Shown here: positions 10,001 through 18,719 of the stretch, in pieces
Numbering within the stretch: position 1 is the first letter of the stretch
Layout: every line of letters begins with the position of its first letter
NCBI GenBank assembly: GCA_041645215.1
Contig: JBAZQK010000003.1
Coordinates: 45,723 to 109,722 of the forward strand
Direction: 5' to 3'
DNA from: Patescibacteria group bacterium
GTDB taxonomy: Bacteria; Patescibacteriota; Patescibacteriia; Veblenbacterales; UBA10138
DNA length: 64,000 bases
The notes under the pieces: generated by a model
Told to the model about the DNA's origin: nothing
What the model saw: only the letters and a program-made list of their open reading frames with translations
Database searches by the model: none
Position numbers and translations under genes: made by a program

Positions 10001-10318
10001 CACCCCGTACTGTTCTATGTCTGACTTGCCTTTAAACTTCAACTCTTTCTCAACCTGCAGTTCCACGGGTAACCCTTGGGTATCCCAACCGGCTTTACGG
10101 TCAACCTTAAATCCCCGCATGGTTTTGTAACGCGGAATTAAATCCTTAAACGCCCGCGCTAGCACGTGATGCAAGCCCGGCTTGCCATTGGCTGTCGGCG
10201 GCCCTTCAAAAAAAACAAACTTGCCCTGTGGGGCCGGCTTGGCCAGGGTCTTGGCAAAAATTTTATGTTCTTTCCAAGAAGCTAGGATTTTGTCCTCCAG
10301 TTCAGAAAACTTTATCAT
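7079..10318 (-). CDS. ileS: Isoleucyl-tRNA synthetase carrying two in-frame repeat-element insertions
   Basis: Class I aaRS HIGH-region (PPTANGKPGLHHVLARAFKD), KMSKS motif (KMSKSKGN), the CP1 editing motif TTTPWTLPGN and a C-terminal Zn-binding region. Two segments of about 35 aa (near 8493-8598 and 9517-9623) are encoded by a dispersed GC-rich repeat. Confidence 0.95.
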   Translation of the reverse strand: MIKFSELEDKILASWKEHKIFAKTLAKPAPQGKFVFFEGPPTANGKPGLHHVLARAFKDLIPRYKTMRGFKVDRKAGWDTQGLPVELQVEKELKFKGKSDIEQYGVEEFNSKCKAAVWKYQNEWEKLTERIGYWLDLEKPYITYQPYYIESLWWIFKQIWRTWVSQSDSQPVMEPENEFRVSDECPGEGWQRMLYQDYKVVPHCPRCGTALSSHEVAQGYKEITEPSVYIKFKVKSQKSPPKADPPPSARHLAEPRLWRGVLAEKVKIENNTYILSWTTTPWTLPGNVALAIGADIDYLMLEVETSDVSDIQKGEVFILARSAFTNVFESTLGYSPHPHEDDLTWGSTNFKGKGNVLFKNIRLLRGSELVGLEYEPLFDIKPLQNEKSHRVYAADFVTTMDGTGVVHTAVMYGEDDFNLGGQVGLPKFHTVDENGYFTKDVAKWAGKFVKDKEVEQGIVEDLKERGLLFKQEMYTHDYPYCWRCDTPLLYYAKLSWFIKMSALREDLKAANEIINWYPEHIKQGRFGEWLDGVKDWAISRERYWGTPLPIWICGDCSNQICVGSFQELSDLANESQKSKISAQGGSASLGPPFGGASSLAGRAGGKSQNFDPHRPYVDEIVLACKCGGEMRRVPEVADCWFDSGSMPFAQWGYPATAGSAQQLPDHYPAEFIAEAIDQTRGWFYTLLAVATLLKKAGAIGEIPPYRNVICLGHINDKYGQKMSKSKGNIIDPWEIINQYGTDALRFYFYTASQPGEPKNFDPKDVEAVVKKTFLILMNVVMFYELYRVPVARPKASDGTRQVPQVTHVLDRWILAMWYKLLDEVTEYLENYKVTEAGRKIEEFITDLSVWYVRRSRDRFKQENRKMEALNTLRHVLLNLSKIMSPFVPFLSEHIYRRVGGELESVHLAEWPSLYADNDDPELLIKMSKLRQVVETVLAQRAAAKIKVRQALRVVTVKGLILAEEMKAILADEINVLEVVCEEAGELSVVLNTEIDDELKALGLIREFSRQVNALRKQRGLTINDRIMLKVGATEKIAAILFNHRDNLLKSTLSKEINISQEEYDNKLEIEGEAVSVEIS

Positions 10319-10418
10319 GCCATTATTATAATGATTTTTCTCTATACCCGCAAGTTGACTTTAGTAACCTAATGAACTAAGGTATAACAAAATTACAAAC
10401 AAATCTAAAAGGCAAAAA

Positions 10419-10805
10419 ATGACCAAAAATCAAAATCGCATCATTAAAATATTAGATTCATTAGACTCAATCCCTCTAACAGAGGAGGCAAAAAACATTT
10501 TATCAAGCATGGAAATTTTGATTCAGATTGACAATAATGTACTCGCAATTGGCCCAACGGGAATCTATTTGTTGCAACGCTTTAATCAAGCAGGAAATTT
10601 TGACATCAAAACCAAAATGACAATTACACAAAATGAACACCAAGCTACCTTAGGTTTGGAATTTGAAAATTCTAATCGTAATATTATTCAAACAATTACT
10701 GCCTTGCTGGCTGAACTAGGACCTAAATTAAAAGAATCTACTGGTAATTTAGGTTTTACGCATTTAAACGAGAAAACAGAGCTTAAATTAACCATTCCAC
10801 TATAA
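10419..10805 (+). CDS. Hypothetical protein (128 aa)
   Basis: ORF with reasonable coding appearance between ileS and argS. No recognisable motif. Confidence 0.35.
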   Translation: MTKNQNRIIKILDSLDSIPLTEEAKNILSSMEILIQIDNNVLAIGPTGIYLLQRFNQAGNFDIKTKMTITQNEHQATLGLEFENSNRNIIQTITALLAELGPKLKESTGNLGFTHLNEKTELKLTIPL

Positions 10806-10826
10806 AAAACTAACAACGAGGTAACA

Positions 10827-11072
10827 ATGGCAACGCCAACCCAAACACCAGCAAAACAAAAACGCTTTCTGCATGGTTATTCTGAAATGATTAACCTGGG
10901 CGAAAAAGAAAGCTTATTAATGAACGATATGTGTATCTTCATTAAAATGGAAGCTGACAAAATATGCTGTGTTGACCAAGTGAACAAAAAAGTTCACTTA
11001 CTGGTCAAAAACAAGAATGTTTTATTCATTAAAAAACAAACTCTGTGTCTTAAGGCAGAGAAATTTAAATAA
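10827..11072 (+). CDS. Hypothetical protein (81 aa)
   Basis: Short ORF 22 bp downstream of the previous one, with a GAGG-like RBS (aacgaggtaacaatg). No motif recognised. Confidence 0.3.
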   Translation: MATPTQTPAKQKRFLHGYSEMINLGEKESLLMNDMCIFIKMEADKICCVDQVNKKVHLLVKNKNVLFIKKQTLCLKAEKFK

Positions 11073-11306
11073 CTCCGGACTAAATTTTTTAGATCAAAAC
11101 TGCTGCCAAGAGCTCCAACTCTCGCGGCAGTTATTTATTTATTAGAAATTAGATATTAGATATTAGAAATTAAAAATTCTACCTACCCACGCACTATAAA
11201 GCTACCAATTTCTACCATAATCCAAATTTATTGCTGGTCGCTTTAAGTGCGGGGTCTCGCGCTCTAATAACAACAGCCAAAAAGATAATTTTAATTTATA
11301 GAACGC

Positions 11307-13040
11307 TCACATTTCTTCCAGCACTTCAATCCCTAAAATTCCCAAACCATGTTTTAAAACTTGCGCCGCTTGCTCAACTATTTTTAAACGCAACACTTTT
11401 TCGGCCGCGCCGGCTTTTAGCACTGGCATACTTTGGTAAAACGAATTCACCATTAATGACAACTCGTATAAATATAAAGCCAACAAATGCGGACCATTCT
11501 CCTGGCCGGCGCGCCACACACTCTCCGGATACCTTACAATCATACGCCACAGTTTCAAATCTTCTTTACTGGCCGCGCCCAGCAACTCGGCGGTTAATTT
11601 TACGGTCGGGCCCTTAACCTTAAGCTCGCTCTTAAACTTGCGCAAAATACTTTTGAGTCGCGCGTAAGTATATTGCAAATAAGGTCCGCTGTTACCCTCC
11701 ACGCTCAACATTTTATTCCAGTTAAACGTAATATCAGTCAAACGATTTTGCGCTAAATCATTATATTTAACCGCGCCCACGCCCACCGCCTCGGCTACGC
11801 CACTTTTTTGTTTTAAGCTGAACTTGGAATTTTTCTTATTAACTATCTCCAGCGCTAAATTATTAGCCTTATCCAAAACTTCCTCCAAACGAATAATCCG
11901 GCCTTGGCGCGTGGCCATTCTATGACCGTCCTCACCTAAAATTGTTCCAAATTTAATATGTTCAAGTTTAATTCCTTTGCTATAGCCGGCTAAACCCGCG
12001 GTCGCGAATACCTGTTCAAAGTGCAGCGCTTGTTCATTACCAACTAGGTACATTATCAAATTGGGTTTAAAATGCTTGGCCCGGTATTGAATAGCGGCCA
12101 AGTCGCGCGTGGCATAAAGCGAACCACCGTCCGATTTTTGAATTAAGCAGGGCGGTAAATTGGCCGCTGCTAAATGAACCACAATTGAACCATCATCATT
12201 TTTAATTGCCAGTTTCCGTTTTAATAAATCAGCCACGACCGACGACAGCCTTGGCTCATAAAAACTTTCCCCGATTATGCGGTTAAACTTAACTTTAAGA
12301 CGCTGGTACAGCCCGGCAAACTCCCGCCAAGACTCGGCTTTAAACCAATTCCACAAACGGCGATTTTCCTTGTCGCCTTTCTCCAGTTTTAAAAATTCAG
12401 CCTGTCCCATTTTTTCCAAGTCCGGTTGCTCTGTCATCACCTCGTGAAACCGCACGTATAATTTGAGCATTTCCTCAATCGGACTTTTGCGTATGGCCGC
12501 TTTATTGCCCCACAATTTATAGGCCGCGATAAGTTTGCCAAACTGGGTTCCCCAATCGCCCAAATGATTCATTCTGATAACCTTGGCCCCCAACGCCTCA
12601 TATATATTGGACAAAGCTTGACCGATAATAGTGGAACGAATATGGCCAATGTGCATTGGTTTGGCAATATTGGGTGACGAATATTCAACAATTACTTTTT
12701 GGTGGCGCCAAATATCCCAGTTCTTAATTTTCAGGCCTAAGCCCACGGTCTTAAAAACCGCCTCCGTGGTCAACCAAAAATTTATAAAACCAGGCCCCGC
12801 CACCTCCACTCGCGCCACCAAATTTTTTAACGCCTGGGATTCGTTTAATTCATCAACTATGGTGGCGGCCGCCGCTGACGGCGTAACCCCCCACTGGCTG
12901 GCTACCCGCAACGCAACATTACTGCTGTAATCACCGTGCGCCAAATCGCGCGTTAATAACACCTCAACCTCGTCCGGTTTTAAACTATAATGTTTGGCCG
13001 CGGCTCGCGCCAATTCGGCCTGAATCTTTAAACTAAGCAT
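11307..13040 (-). CDS. argS: Arginyl-tRNA synthetase
   Basis: N-terminal Arg_tRNA_synt_N-like region, a class I HIGH variant (PNIAKPMHIGHIRSTIIG) and a C-terminal DALR anticodon-binding-like region. Length is 577 aa. Confidence 0.9.
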   Translation of the reverse strand: MLSLKIQAELARAAAKHYSLKPDEVEVLLTRDLAHGDYSSNVALRVASQWGVTPSAAAATIVDELNESQALKNLVARVEVAGPGFINFWLTTEAVFKTVGLGLKIKNWDIWRHQKVIVEYSSPNIAKPMHIGHIRSTIIGQALSNIYEALGAKVIRMNHLGDWGTQFGKLIAAYKLWGNKAAIRKSPIEEMLKLYVRFHEVMTEQPDLEKMGQAEFLKLEKGDKENRRLWNWFKAESWREFAGLYQRLKVKFNRIIGESFYEPRLSSVVADLLKRKLAIKNDDGSIVVHLAAANLPPCLIQKSDGGSLYATRDLAAIQYRAKHFKPNLIMYLVGNEQALHFEQVFATAGLAGYSKGIKLEHIKFGTILGEDGHRMATRQGRIIRLEEVLDKANNLALEIVNKKNSKFSLKQKSGVAEAVGVGAVKYNDLAQNRLTDITFNWNKMLSVEGNSGPYLQYTYARLKSILRKFKSELKVKGPTVKLTAELLGAASKEDLKLWRMIVRYPESVWRAGQENGPHLLALYLYELSLMVNSFYQSMPVLKAGAAEKVLRLKIVEQAAQVLKHGLGILGIEVLEEM

Positions 13041-13143
13041 GTATTTCAGTATACAGGAAAATTTTGTAATTAAAAAGCCGGTCCTTAAAAAAAGAACCGG
13101 CTAGTTTTACAAAATCTGTTTATTAATTAATGTATTTGATATT

Positions 13144-13971
13144 TTATTTAGAGATCTTTCGGCCAGATGCTTCAAGAACTATACAAGTATGCGCTAATTT
13201 GTGCTGCTGTGTATAAAGCTCACACCGCTTAAGGGCTGTAATTAAATCCTGACATTCTACCTTATCTTCAGTATGACGAATCTTAACTTTCCCTAAAGCA
13301 TAAGGCAGGAGTATACCAAGTATCTCTATATATCCAAGCAATGAAGGCATAAATACATCACTATTCCCTAGATGCACAAGAGCTTTTACCGAGAGATCTT
13401 TCAATGTTGCCACTTTTATACTTTTAGGATTATTTGTAATTAACACCATATTCTGCCTAACATAGCCCCCATCTTCAAGATTAAGCCAAAAGGCACCATA
13501 TAAACTCAAGGCAAAATTTATGGCGTTACGCAAGTCTGGATCTTTTTCTGGTATATTCCGTAGGTGTGTAAAGAATCCTAATGCCAGACCAACAGCATCA
13601 ACAACCGAACCATTTGCCCTGGTAAAAATACTATCCTCCGAATCCACTAAACTACATAGTGTAGACCGGGCCGCACGTGAGATTTTTATTTGCCTTGGAT
13701 CAATACCTACTGCTTGTTGGTCATTGTCATCAACTCCACCCCACGAAACTAGCAACTCAATAATACGCTGAATGAGTTTGGCGTCAATTGAATGCCATTT
13801 TGCTTCATGAACAGCTTTCTTAAGTTCCCAAAGCAAACTTAACGGATAACCAGACCTTACAACAATGTTTACCTGAGATACTGATTCTGTACCTGACAAG
13901 CTCTCAAGCTGGCTGGTAATGGTTTGAATATCCTTATCCAATTCCGGTTTAACTAAATTTAAGTGTACCAC
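13144..13971 (-). CDS. Hypothetical protein (275 aa)
   Basis: Long ORF. No conserved motif recognised. Confidence 0.4.
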   Translation of the reverse strand: MVHLNLVKPELDKDIQTITSQLESLSGTESVSQVNIVVRSGYPLSLLWELKKAVHEAKWHSIDAKLIQRIIELLVSWGGVDDNDQQAVGIDPRQIKISRAARSTLCSLVDSEDSIFTRANGSVVDAVGLALGFFTHLRNIPEKDPDLRNAINFALSLYGAFWLNLEDGGYVRQNMVLITNNPKSIKVATLKDLSVKALVHLGNSDVFMPSLLGYIEILGILLPYALGKVKIRHTEDKVECQDLITALKRCELYTQQHKLAHTCIVLEASGRKISK

Positions 13972-14407
13972 GATTGTTAAACTCCTTTATTTATTTTACG
14001 TATTTCGCCCACCCGCTCTGGGGCCGGCTTTATTTATTTTTGGCTATTTTAGCCGGCTTCAACTTACACCCAGACAATACCAATGTCAAGAAAAAATCAG
14101 TGATAGACAAACCACCGACCAAACCAACTCGCTTATTTACCCCTTCGCGCTTATCCCGCCGTACAGTAGTTGTAGCGGCCGCGACAAATACAGTGCAACA
14201 GAAAAACTGGCTTAATGGACAAAATTAGTTGCTGAAAATTACCTTTTAGGGCTAATACTAGCTATAGACTTACATCTGTATTACGACCCAACGAATTTTG
14301 CTTAATAAATTACCTATAGAACCGCTAAAACAAGCTCAAAAAATCGACTAAGACCGCGTAAGTAGCAACTAAAAATGTCCATTATACCTAAAAGAACAAT
14401 GCAGTAC

Positions 14408-14442
14408 CAAAAACACCCTCTGGGGAGGATGTTTTTAAGTGT
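14408..14442 (-). terminator. Putative bidirectional intrinsic terminator downstream of rplT
   Basis: A short hairpin (cctc-NNNN-gagg) is flanked by an A-run on one side and a T-run on the other (aaaaacaccctctggggaggatgttttt). It lies about 30 bp 3' of the rplT stop. Confidence 0.35.
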
Positions 14443-14468
14443 TTTAATAACTCAATGTTACAGTATAT

Positions 14469-14822
14469 TTATACTTTGGGCTTTATTGCCTCTACCAACT
14501 TTTGGAACACGGCCGGGTACTCCCGCGCCAACTGCGACAACACCTTACGGTCCAGCTCAATCTTGGCCTTTTTTAACAAATCAATAAACCGACTGTAGCT
14601 TAAACCATATTCGCGCGTCGCGGCATTCAACTGAATCTGCCACATTCGGCGGAAAGCGCCTTTTTTGTCGCGCCGATGAGCAAAGGCATACACTCCGGCC
14701 TTACGCGCCGCTGGTTTAGCGAGCGTTATTTTGCTCTTACGACCCCAGCGATAACCCTTGGTTCTCTTTAACAAATTCTTGCGGCGCTTTAAATGCATTA
14801 CGCCTCGTTTAACTCTGGCCAT
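14469..14822 (-). CDS. rplT: 50S ribosomal protein L20
   Basis: MARVKRGVMHLKRRKNLLKRTKGYRWGRK... is the canonical L20 N-terminus. Length is 117 aa. Confidence 0.95.
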   Translation of the reverse strand: MARVKRGVMHLKRRKNLLKRTKGYRWGRKSKITLAKPAARKAGVYAFAHRRDKKGAFRRMWQIQLNAATREYGLSYSRFIDLLKKAKIELDRKVLSQLAREYPAVFQKLVEAIKPKV

Positions 14823-14978
14823 ATTATTTACCTAATAACATTAATAATGAAGCTCTCTCTCCTGATGTCCGCCGACTGGCGGAATCGGGAGGTTATTTAT
14901 AAGAATGCGTTTCATCCGTCGTAGTCCTGCCGCCGGCGGGACGAAGTCCTCAACATCGGTGAACGAAGGCGGATAAAA

Positions 14979-15173
14979 TTACCGGTTCGGCAATAATTTA
15001 CGAATCGCTGGCGCATTAACCTTGGCGATTTCCACATCACGCCGCTTGCGCCGCGTGACTACTGAAGCCTCGCGGGAGTTAAAATGGTCTTGGCCGGCGG
15101 TGCGCTTCATTAACTTACCTTTGGCAGTTATGCGAAACCGTTTGGCGGTAGCTTTGTGAGTCTTAACTTTCAT
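14979..15173 (-). CDS. rpmI: 50S ribosomal protein L35
   Basis: 64-aa basic protein (MKVKTHKATAKRFRITAKGK...) in the conserved infC-rpmI-rplT context. Confidence 0.85.
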   Translation of the reverse strand: MKVKTHKATAKRFRITAKGKLMKRTAGQDHFNSREASVVTRRKRRDVEIAKVNAPAIRKLLPNR

Positions 15174-15358
15174 AACAATAAATAATCAATAAATTTATAA
15201 TTTTAGGACTTACGCGTTTGCCGTCATCCTGAAGCTGATGTCCATCGGCTGAAGGATCTCGGCTTATATCTAAGCGATTTTCGAATGAGATTCTTCTCCC
15301 GCCGCTGGCGGGATCAGAATGACACAAAAAGCCTGAATCGCGTAAGTCCTAAATTTAA
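15174..15358. repeat. MITE-like nested inverted-repeat element inserted between infC and rpmI
   Basis: Outer inverted repeats ttaggacttacgcgtttg ... cgcgtaagtcctaa enclose inner inverted repeats gtcatcctgaa ... tcagaatgac and a ccgccgctggcggg hairpin. The same motifs recur at 6770-7078, 19440-19515, 34819-34912, 53112-53334, 53950-54129 and 57311-57399. Confidence 0.7.
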
Positions 15359-15922
15359 TTACACTACTGGCTGAACCTTAGCCTTACTCGGCTCAATTTT
15401 CTTTTTGCCAATTTGCATACTCATTCGACCACCCTGACGACCAATTGGCACTTCCACAAAAACACCCTCGCCCAAATCATTAATAAATTTGTTAAATCCC
15501 TCAACCGCGATATCGGCGTGAGCTCGCTCGCGGCCGCGCAAAACCATTTCCAGACGCACCTTATGGCCTTCGCTCAAAAACTTTTGCGCCTGTTTAAGCC
15601 TGACATTGCGATCATGCTCGCCAATTTTAAAAGAAATCCGCACGCCCTTAACTTCAATTTTTTTGGCCTTTACCTTTTGGGCTTGCGCAATTTTTTGCTG
15701 CTTATATTTAAATTGCCCAAAATCCATAATTTTGGTTATGGACGGACGTTGAGTGGGATTAACCTCTACTAAATCCAAGCCCTTTTCGTGGGCGAGCAAC
15801 AAAGCTTGTGAGGTCGGCATAACGCCGAGTATTTTTCCAGTATCATCTATGACCTGAACTTCGGGTAAACGAATATATTGATTCACGCGATAGCGTGGTC
15901 GGTTTCTATTATCGTAACGCAA
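15359..15922 (-). CDS. infC: Translation initiation factor IF-3
   Basis: IF3 N- and C-domain signature (RLPEVQVIDDTGKILGVM ... KGVRISFKIGEHDRNVRLKQAQKFL) and position upstream of rpmI-rplT. The true start may be a non-ATG codon, as is usual for infC. Confidence 0.9.
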   Translation of the reverse strand: MRYDNRNRPRYRVNQYIRLPEVQVIDDTGKILGVMPTSQALLLAHEKGLDLVEVNPTQRPSITKIMDFGQFKYKQQKIAQAQKVKAKKIEVKGVRISFKIGEHDRNVRLKQAQKFLSEGHKVRLEMVLRGRERAHADIAVEGFNKFINDLGEGVFVEVPIGRQGGRMSMQIGKKKIEPSKAKVQPVV

Positions 15923-16051
15923 ATGATTGTAACTAATGATTAGTAAATAGAATGTGTCATCCTGAAGCCGATGTCCATCGGCTTCAGGATGACAGGCTAT
16001 AATAATTTTTCACAAAGTTATGCGAATCCGCCGCGGCGGATGAGCTTTACA

Positions 16052-16440
16052 TGGTGGAGGTGACGGGGGTTACACCCGTGTCTAGTTAATTAAACCTAAA
16101 TTTGGCTCCAGGCTCAGTGCCCGCTAATTACCGACGCGCCAATCAAGCGGCACAAAAGTTGGCGTGCGGGTTGTCCTATAATTACTCGTCGCTATAAATA
16201 GGACAGCTTAACAGCGCGAGACTCGATAAATGACGTTCCGTATAAGTTATCGAGTGTCACTTAAGGGAACGGCTCTGACCAATATTAGGCCAAGGCTGGG
16301 GCAAAGCTCAATCCCGCCAAGGCGGAACGAACCTTGCTAACAAATGTATTAGCATTTGTGTAGGTGCAGCTTTTTTACGAAGACTGCGGCTTCGACCTGC
16401 TAAACTTAAGTTAAAGAACTATCGAATTATAAACACCCCC
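16052..16440 (-). ncRNA. ssrA: tmRNA (SsrA)
   Basis: Located by eye next to smpB. The 5' end is GGGGGUG... followed by a UUCGAU motif. The 3' end reads GGGUGUAACCCCCGUCACCUCCACCA, a T-arm plus acceptor with an encoded CCA. The 7-bp acceptor stem GGGGGUG/CACCUCC includes a G3:U70 wobble, the alanine identity element. An internal ORF ends ...AGLSFAPALA-UAA and may be the tag. Length is about 389 nt. Confidence 0.7.
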
Positions 16441-16489
16441 CATCGTTAGCCATTAGCTTATAGCTAATGGTCATAACAATGGTGAGTGT

Positions 16490-16942
16490 TTACCCTTTGA
16501 TTCTTAAAGAACTTCTAATCTCGCGATTAAGTTCGCGTTTTTTTAAAGTCTCGCGCTTGTCATGTTTGGTTTTACCGCGCGCCAGACCGATTTCAACCTT
16601 AATTAACCTGTGCCTAGTATAAACAGAAAGTGGTACTAGTGTCAAGCCTTTTTCCTTAATTTTGCCGAATAAATGAGACAACTCACTAAATTTAAGCAAC
16701 AGCTTGCGGTCGCGAGCCGGGTCATAACTGGCCTGGGTTGTTTTGGCTGGTAAATAAGGCGCAATATTAACGCCAGTCAGCCACAGCTCGCCCATTTTAG
16801 GTATAACAAACGAGCCGTGCAGATTGATTCGCCCGCCCTTGGCCGACTTAACCTCCGCCCCAGTCAGCACTAAACCAGCCTCGAATTTCTCCAGGATAGC
16901 GTAATCGTGCAGGACACGCTTGTTATCTGCCAACCTACCCAT
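16490..16942 (-). CDS. smpB: SsrA-binding protein SmpB
   Basis: RVLHDYAILEKFEAGLVLTGAEVKS...GLTLVPLSVY...RGKTKHDKRE is canonical SmpB. Length is 150 aa. Confidence 0.95.
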   Translation of the reverse strand: MGRLADNKRVLHDYAILEKFEAGLVLTGAEVKSAKGGRINLHGSFVIPKMGELWLTGVNIAPYLPAKTTQASYDPARDRKLLLKFSELSHLFGKIKEKGLTLVPLSVYTRHRLIKVEIGLARGKTKHDKRETLKKRELNREIRSSLRIKG

Positions 16943-16958
16943 AAATAATTCCTACTTT

Positions 16959-16994
16959 CATCTGCTTCGCTGCTCGCGAGCAGCGAAGCAGATG
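16959..16994. terminator. Perfect 36-bp palindrome (stem-loop) just 3' of the 17008-17526 gene
   Basis: catctgcttcgctgctcgcgagcagcgaagcagatg. An almost identical copy lies on the other side of the same gene at 17588-17623. Confidence 0.5.
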
Positions 16995-17007
16995 AAATGC
17001 TAATTTA

Positions 17008-17526
17008 TTAATTTAAAATTAAACGACTTAAATCTTTATCCAACTTGCCTTTACGTTGCATAGTTTTTAAAACACTATACAGTTGTTTACGCTTTTTGCT
17101 ATCAAGCATTTTAATAATATCATCAAGTAATATTTCAGGCCAAAAATTCATCGGCGCGCGACGTTTCAAACTGGACATTAAACCATAAGTGTTAACTTTA
17201 TCTGACACAGGAGTATTGCGGCCCCGCTCAAACATAAGTCTAAATCCACTGCCCGCCTCCTCTAACCACAGATTAATTTTAGCTATTGTGCTGCTACTTA
17301 CTTTAACCTGCTTCATTATCTCACGATAACCCACTCCGGCTAATAATAGTTTGGCGACTTTTAGCCGCTTGGCCAACATGGTCAATTCAGCGCGGGTTAA
17401 AAGATCGCGAAAAACTTCAGCCGACTCGCTAAACCCGCGCATAGTTCCCAGTGAACGGAAAAAACCTAACAATAAAGCTTCCTCTTCATTTTTACCTAAA
17501 TTTTTATATTTGAATGTTCTAGCCAT
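17008..17526 (-). CDS. TrpR-like YerC/YecD-family DNA-binding protein with a C-terminal extension
   Basis: FRDLLTRAELTMLAKRLKVAKLLLAGVGYREIMKQVKVSSSTIAKIN matches the YerC/YecD (Trp-repressor-like) helix-turn-helix signature. The gene is flanked on both sides by the same perfect palindrome. Confidence 0.6.
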   Translation of the reverse strand: MARTFKYKNLGKNEEEALLLGFFRSLGTMRGFSESAEVFRDLLTRAELTMLAKRLKVAKLLLAGVGYREIMKQVKVSSSTIAKINLWLEEAGSGFRLMFERGRNTPVSDKVNTYGLMSSLKRRAPMNFWPEILLDDIIKMLDSKKRKQLYSVLKTMQRKGKLDKDLSRLILN

Positions 17527-17587
17527 AAATTCACTGATTAATACTATTAACTAGCCCTTCTATTATACCCCGCCCGCCCTTAATATT

Positions 17588-17623
17588 CAACTGCTTCGCT
17601 GCTCGCGAGCAGCGAAGCAGTTG
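17588..17623. promoter_or_regulatory. Second copy of the perfect palindrome, upstream of the 17008-17526 gene
   Basis: caactgcttcgctgctcgcgagcagcgaagcagttg. This could be an operator or a bidirectional terminator. Confidence 0.45.
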
Positions 17624-17662
17624 ATAAATAGAAATAGGATAAAAGGATAACTACTATTAATA

Positions 17663-17932
17663 TTGACAAAAAACTGTTTATTAACCAAGATAGTAGCAAA
17701 AGAAAAAGGAAATTTAACAATGAAATATTTGCTTTATATTGGCCTGTTGGTTACGACGGCTATTATAATAAGCTCGGCAGCTGTACTAATAATATGTATC
17801 AAGGCGTGCCGTCAGCCCCGCCCCAAGCCTAAAAACAAATTTAGTTTAATAAACAAATTGTTCGCCCAAAAAGGTGATGAACCTTTTGACGGCAACCCGG
17901 ACGAAATTTTAAAAAACAAAAATAACAAGTGA
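17663..17932 (+). CDS. Small single-pass membrane protein (probable start at MKYLL near 17720)
   Basis: One hydrophobic helix (LLYIGLLVTTAIIISSAAVLIICI) followed by a basic, charged tail. Confidence 0.4.
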   Translation: MTKNCLLTKIVAKEKGNLTMKYLLYIGLLVTTAIIISSAAVLIICIKACRQPRPKPKNKFSLINKLFAQKGDEPFDGNPDEILKNKNNK

Positions 17933-17939
17933 GATAACC

Positions 17940-18440
17940 ATGGAATTATCATTCATACCTGCAACATTACTGGCCTACGGTCTGGCTATGTTCCTACTAA
18001 TATGGTGGAATAAAAGACACCGAATCAAATTCCAACCATATTGTAGCTACAATCTTCAAAATGAAGAGGATGAAGAGTCAACAACTGACAAAAACACAGC
18101 CGTAAATTCCACAACTCTGGCAGCGGCGGAAGATTTATCTAGCTCCCCTCCTCCCACATCTGATGAAGAAGAATTAGACGAATTATATATTATGGATACT
18201 CCTAAGGTTAACGAAGAAGACAAAAACAGGCGATTAAACATCATACTTGAAGAGCAAGATTACCTGGACGATTTGGCGGGTAGAAAAACTGTCTCAAAAA
18301 TCAGCATTAAAGATATACTTCGGGCATTACTTCAAAACCGAACTGTAAAAATTGTTTTACTCATAATCGGCGCGTTGACACTATTTACCGGATTGGTTGC
18401 TCTTACCATAATTACCGGCAGAAATAGCTGGTTTGGATAA
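17940..18440 (+). CDS. Membrane protein with N- and C-terminal TM helices and an acidic central region
   Basis: Hydrophobic segments at both ends and an Asp/Glu/Ser-rich middle. The ATG lies 8 bp after the previous ORF. Confidence 0.45.
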   Translation: MELSFIPATLLAYGLAMFLLIWWNKRHRIKFQPYCSYNLQNEEDEESTTDKNTAVNSTTLAAAEDLSSSPPPTSDEEELDELYIMDTPKVNEEDKNRRLNIILEEQDYLDDLAGRKTVSKISIKDILRALLQNRTVKIVLLIIGALTLFTGLVALTIITGRNSWFG

Positions 18441-18566
18441 ATAAAAACCGGACGTAAAATTTGAAAACACAAAATAATTCCGACAAATTTGCTACCCTCT
18501 GGCCCTTATGGTTGGAGGGAATTTTATTACCCAGAGAAAAAACATTTAACTAACGCTCGTCACCTA

Positions 18567-18603
18567 CGGGGATTTTTGTCCAGCTGGACAAAAATCCCTG
18601 TAG
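18567..18603. terminator. Long perfect palindrome between convergent genes
   Basis: tacggggatttttgtccagctggacaaaaatccctgtag is a 15-bp perfect stem with no loop. It lies between the 17940-18440 (+) and 18720-19166 (-) genes. Confidence 0.4.
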
Positions 18604-18719
18604 TGTAAATAGATTATAAAAACCTACAACTCCACTGGTAAATTTAAGACAAATAAAAGAAGCCACGACCAGAGTAATTAACAAACGGTGCGGCTTCAAA
18701 TTTTTGTGAACAACTTAAA

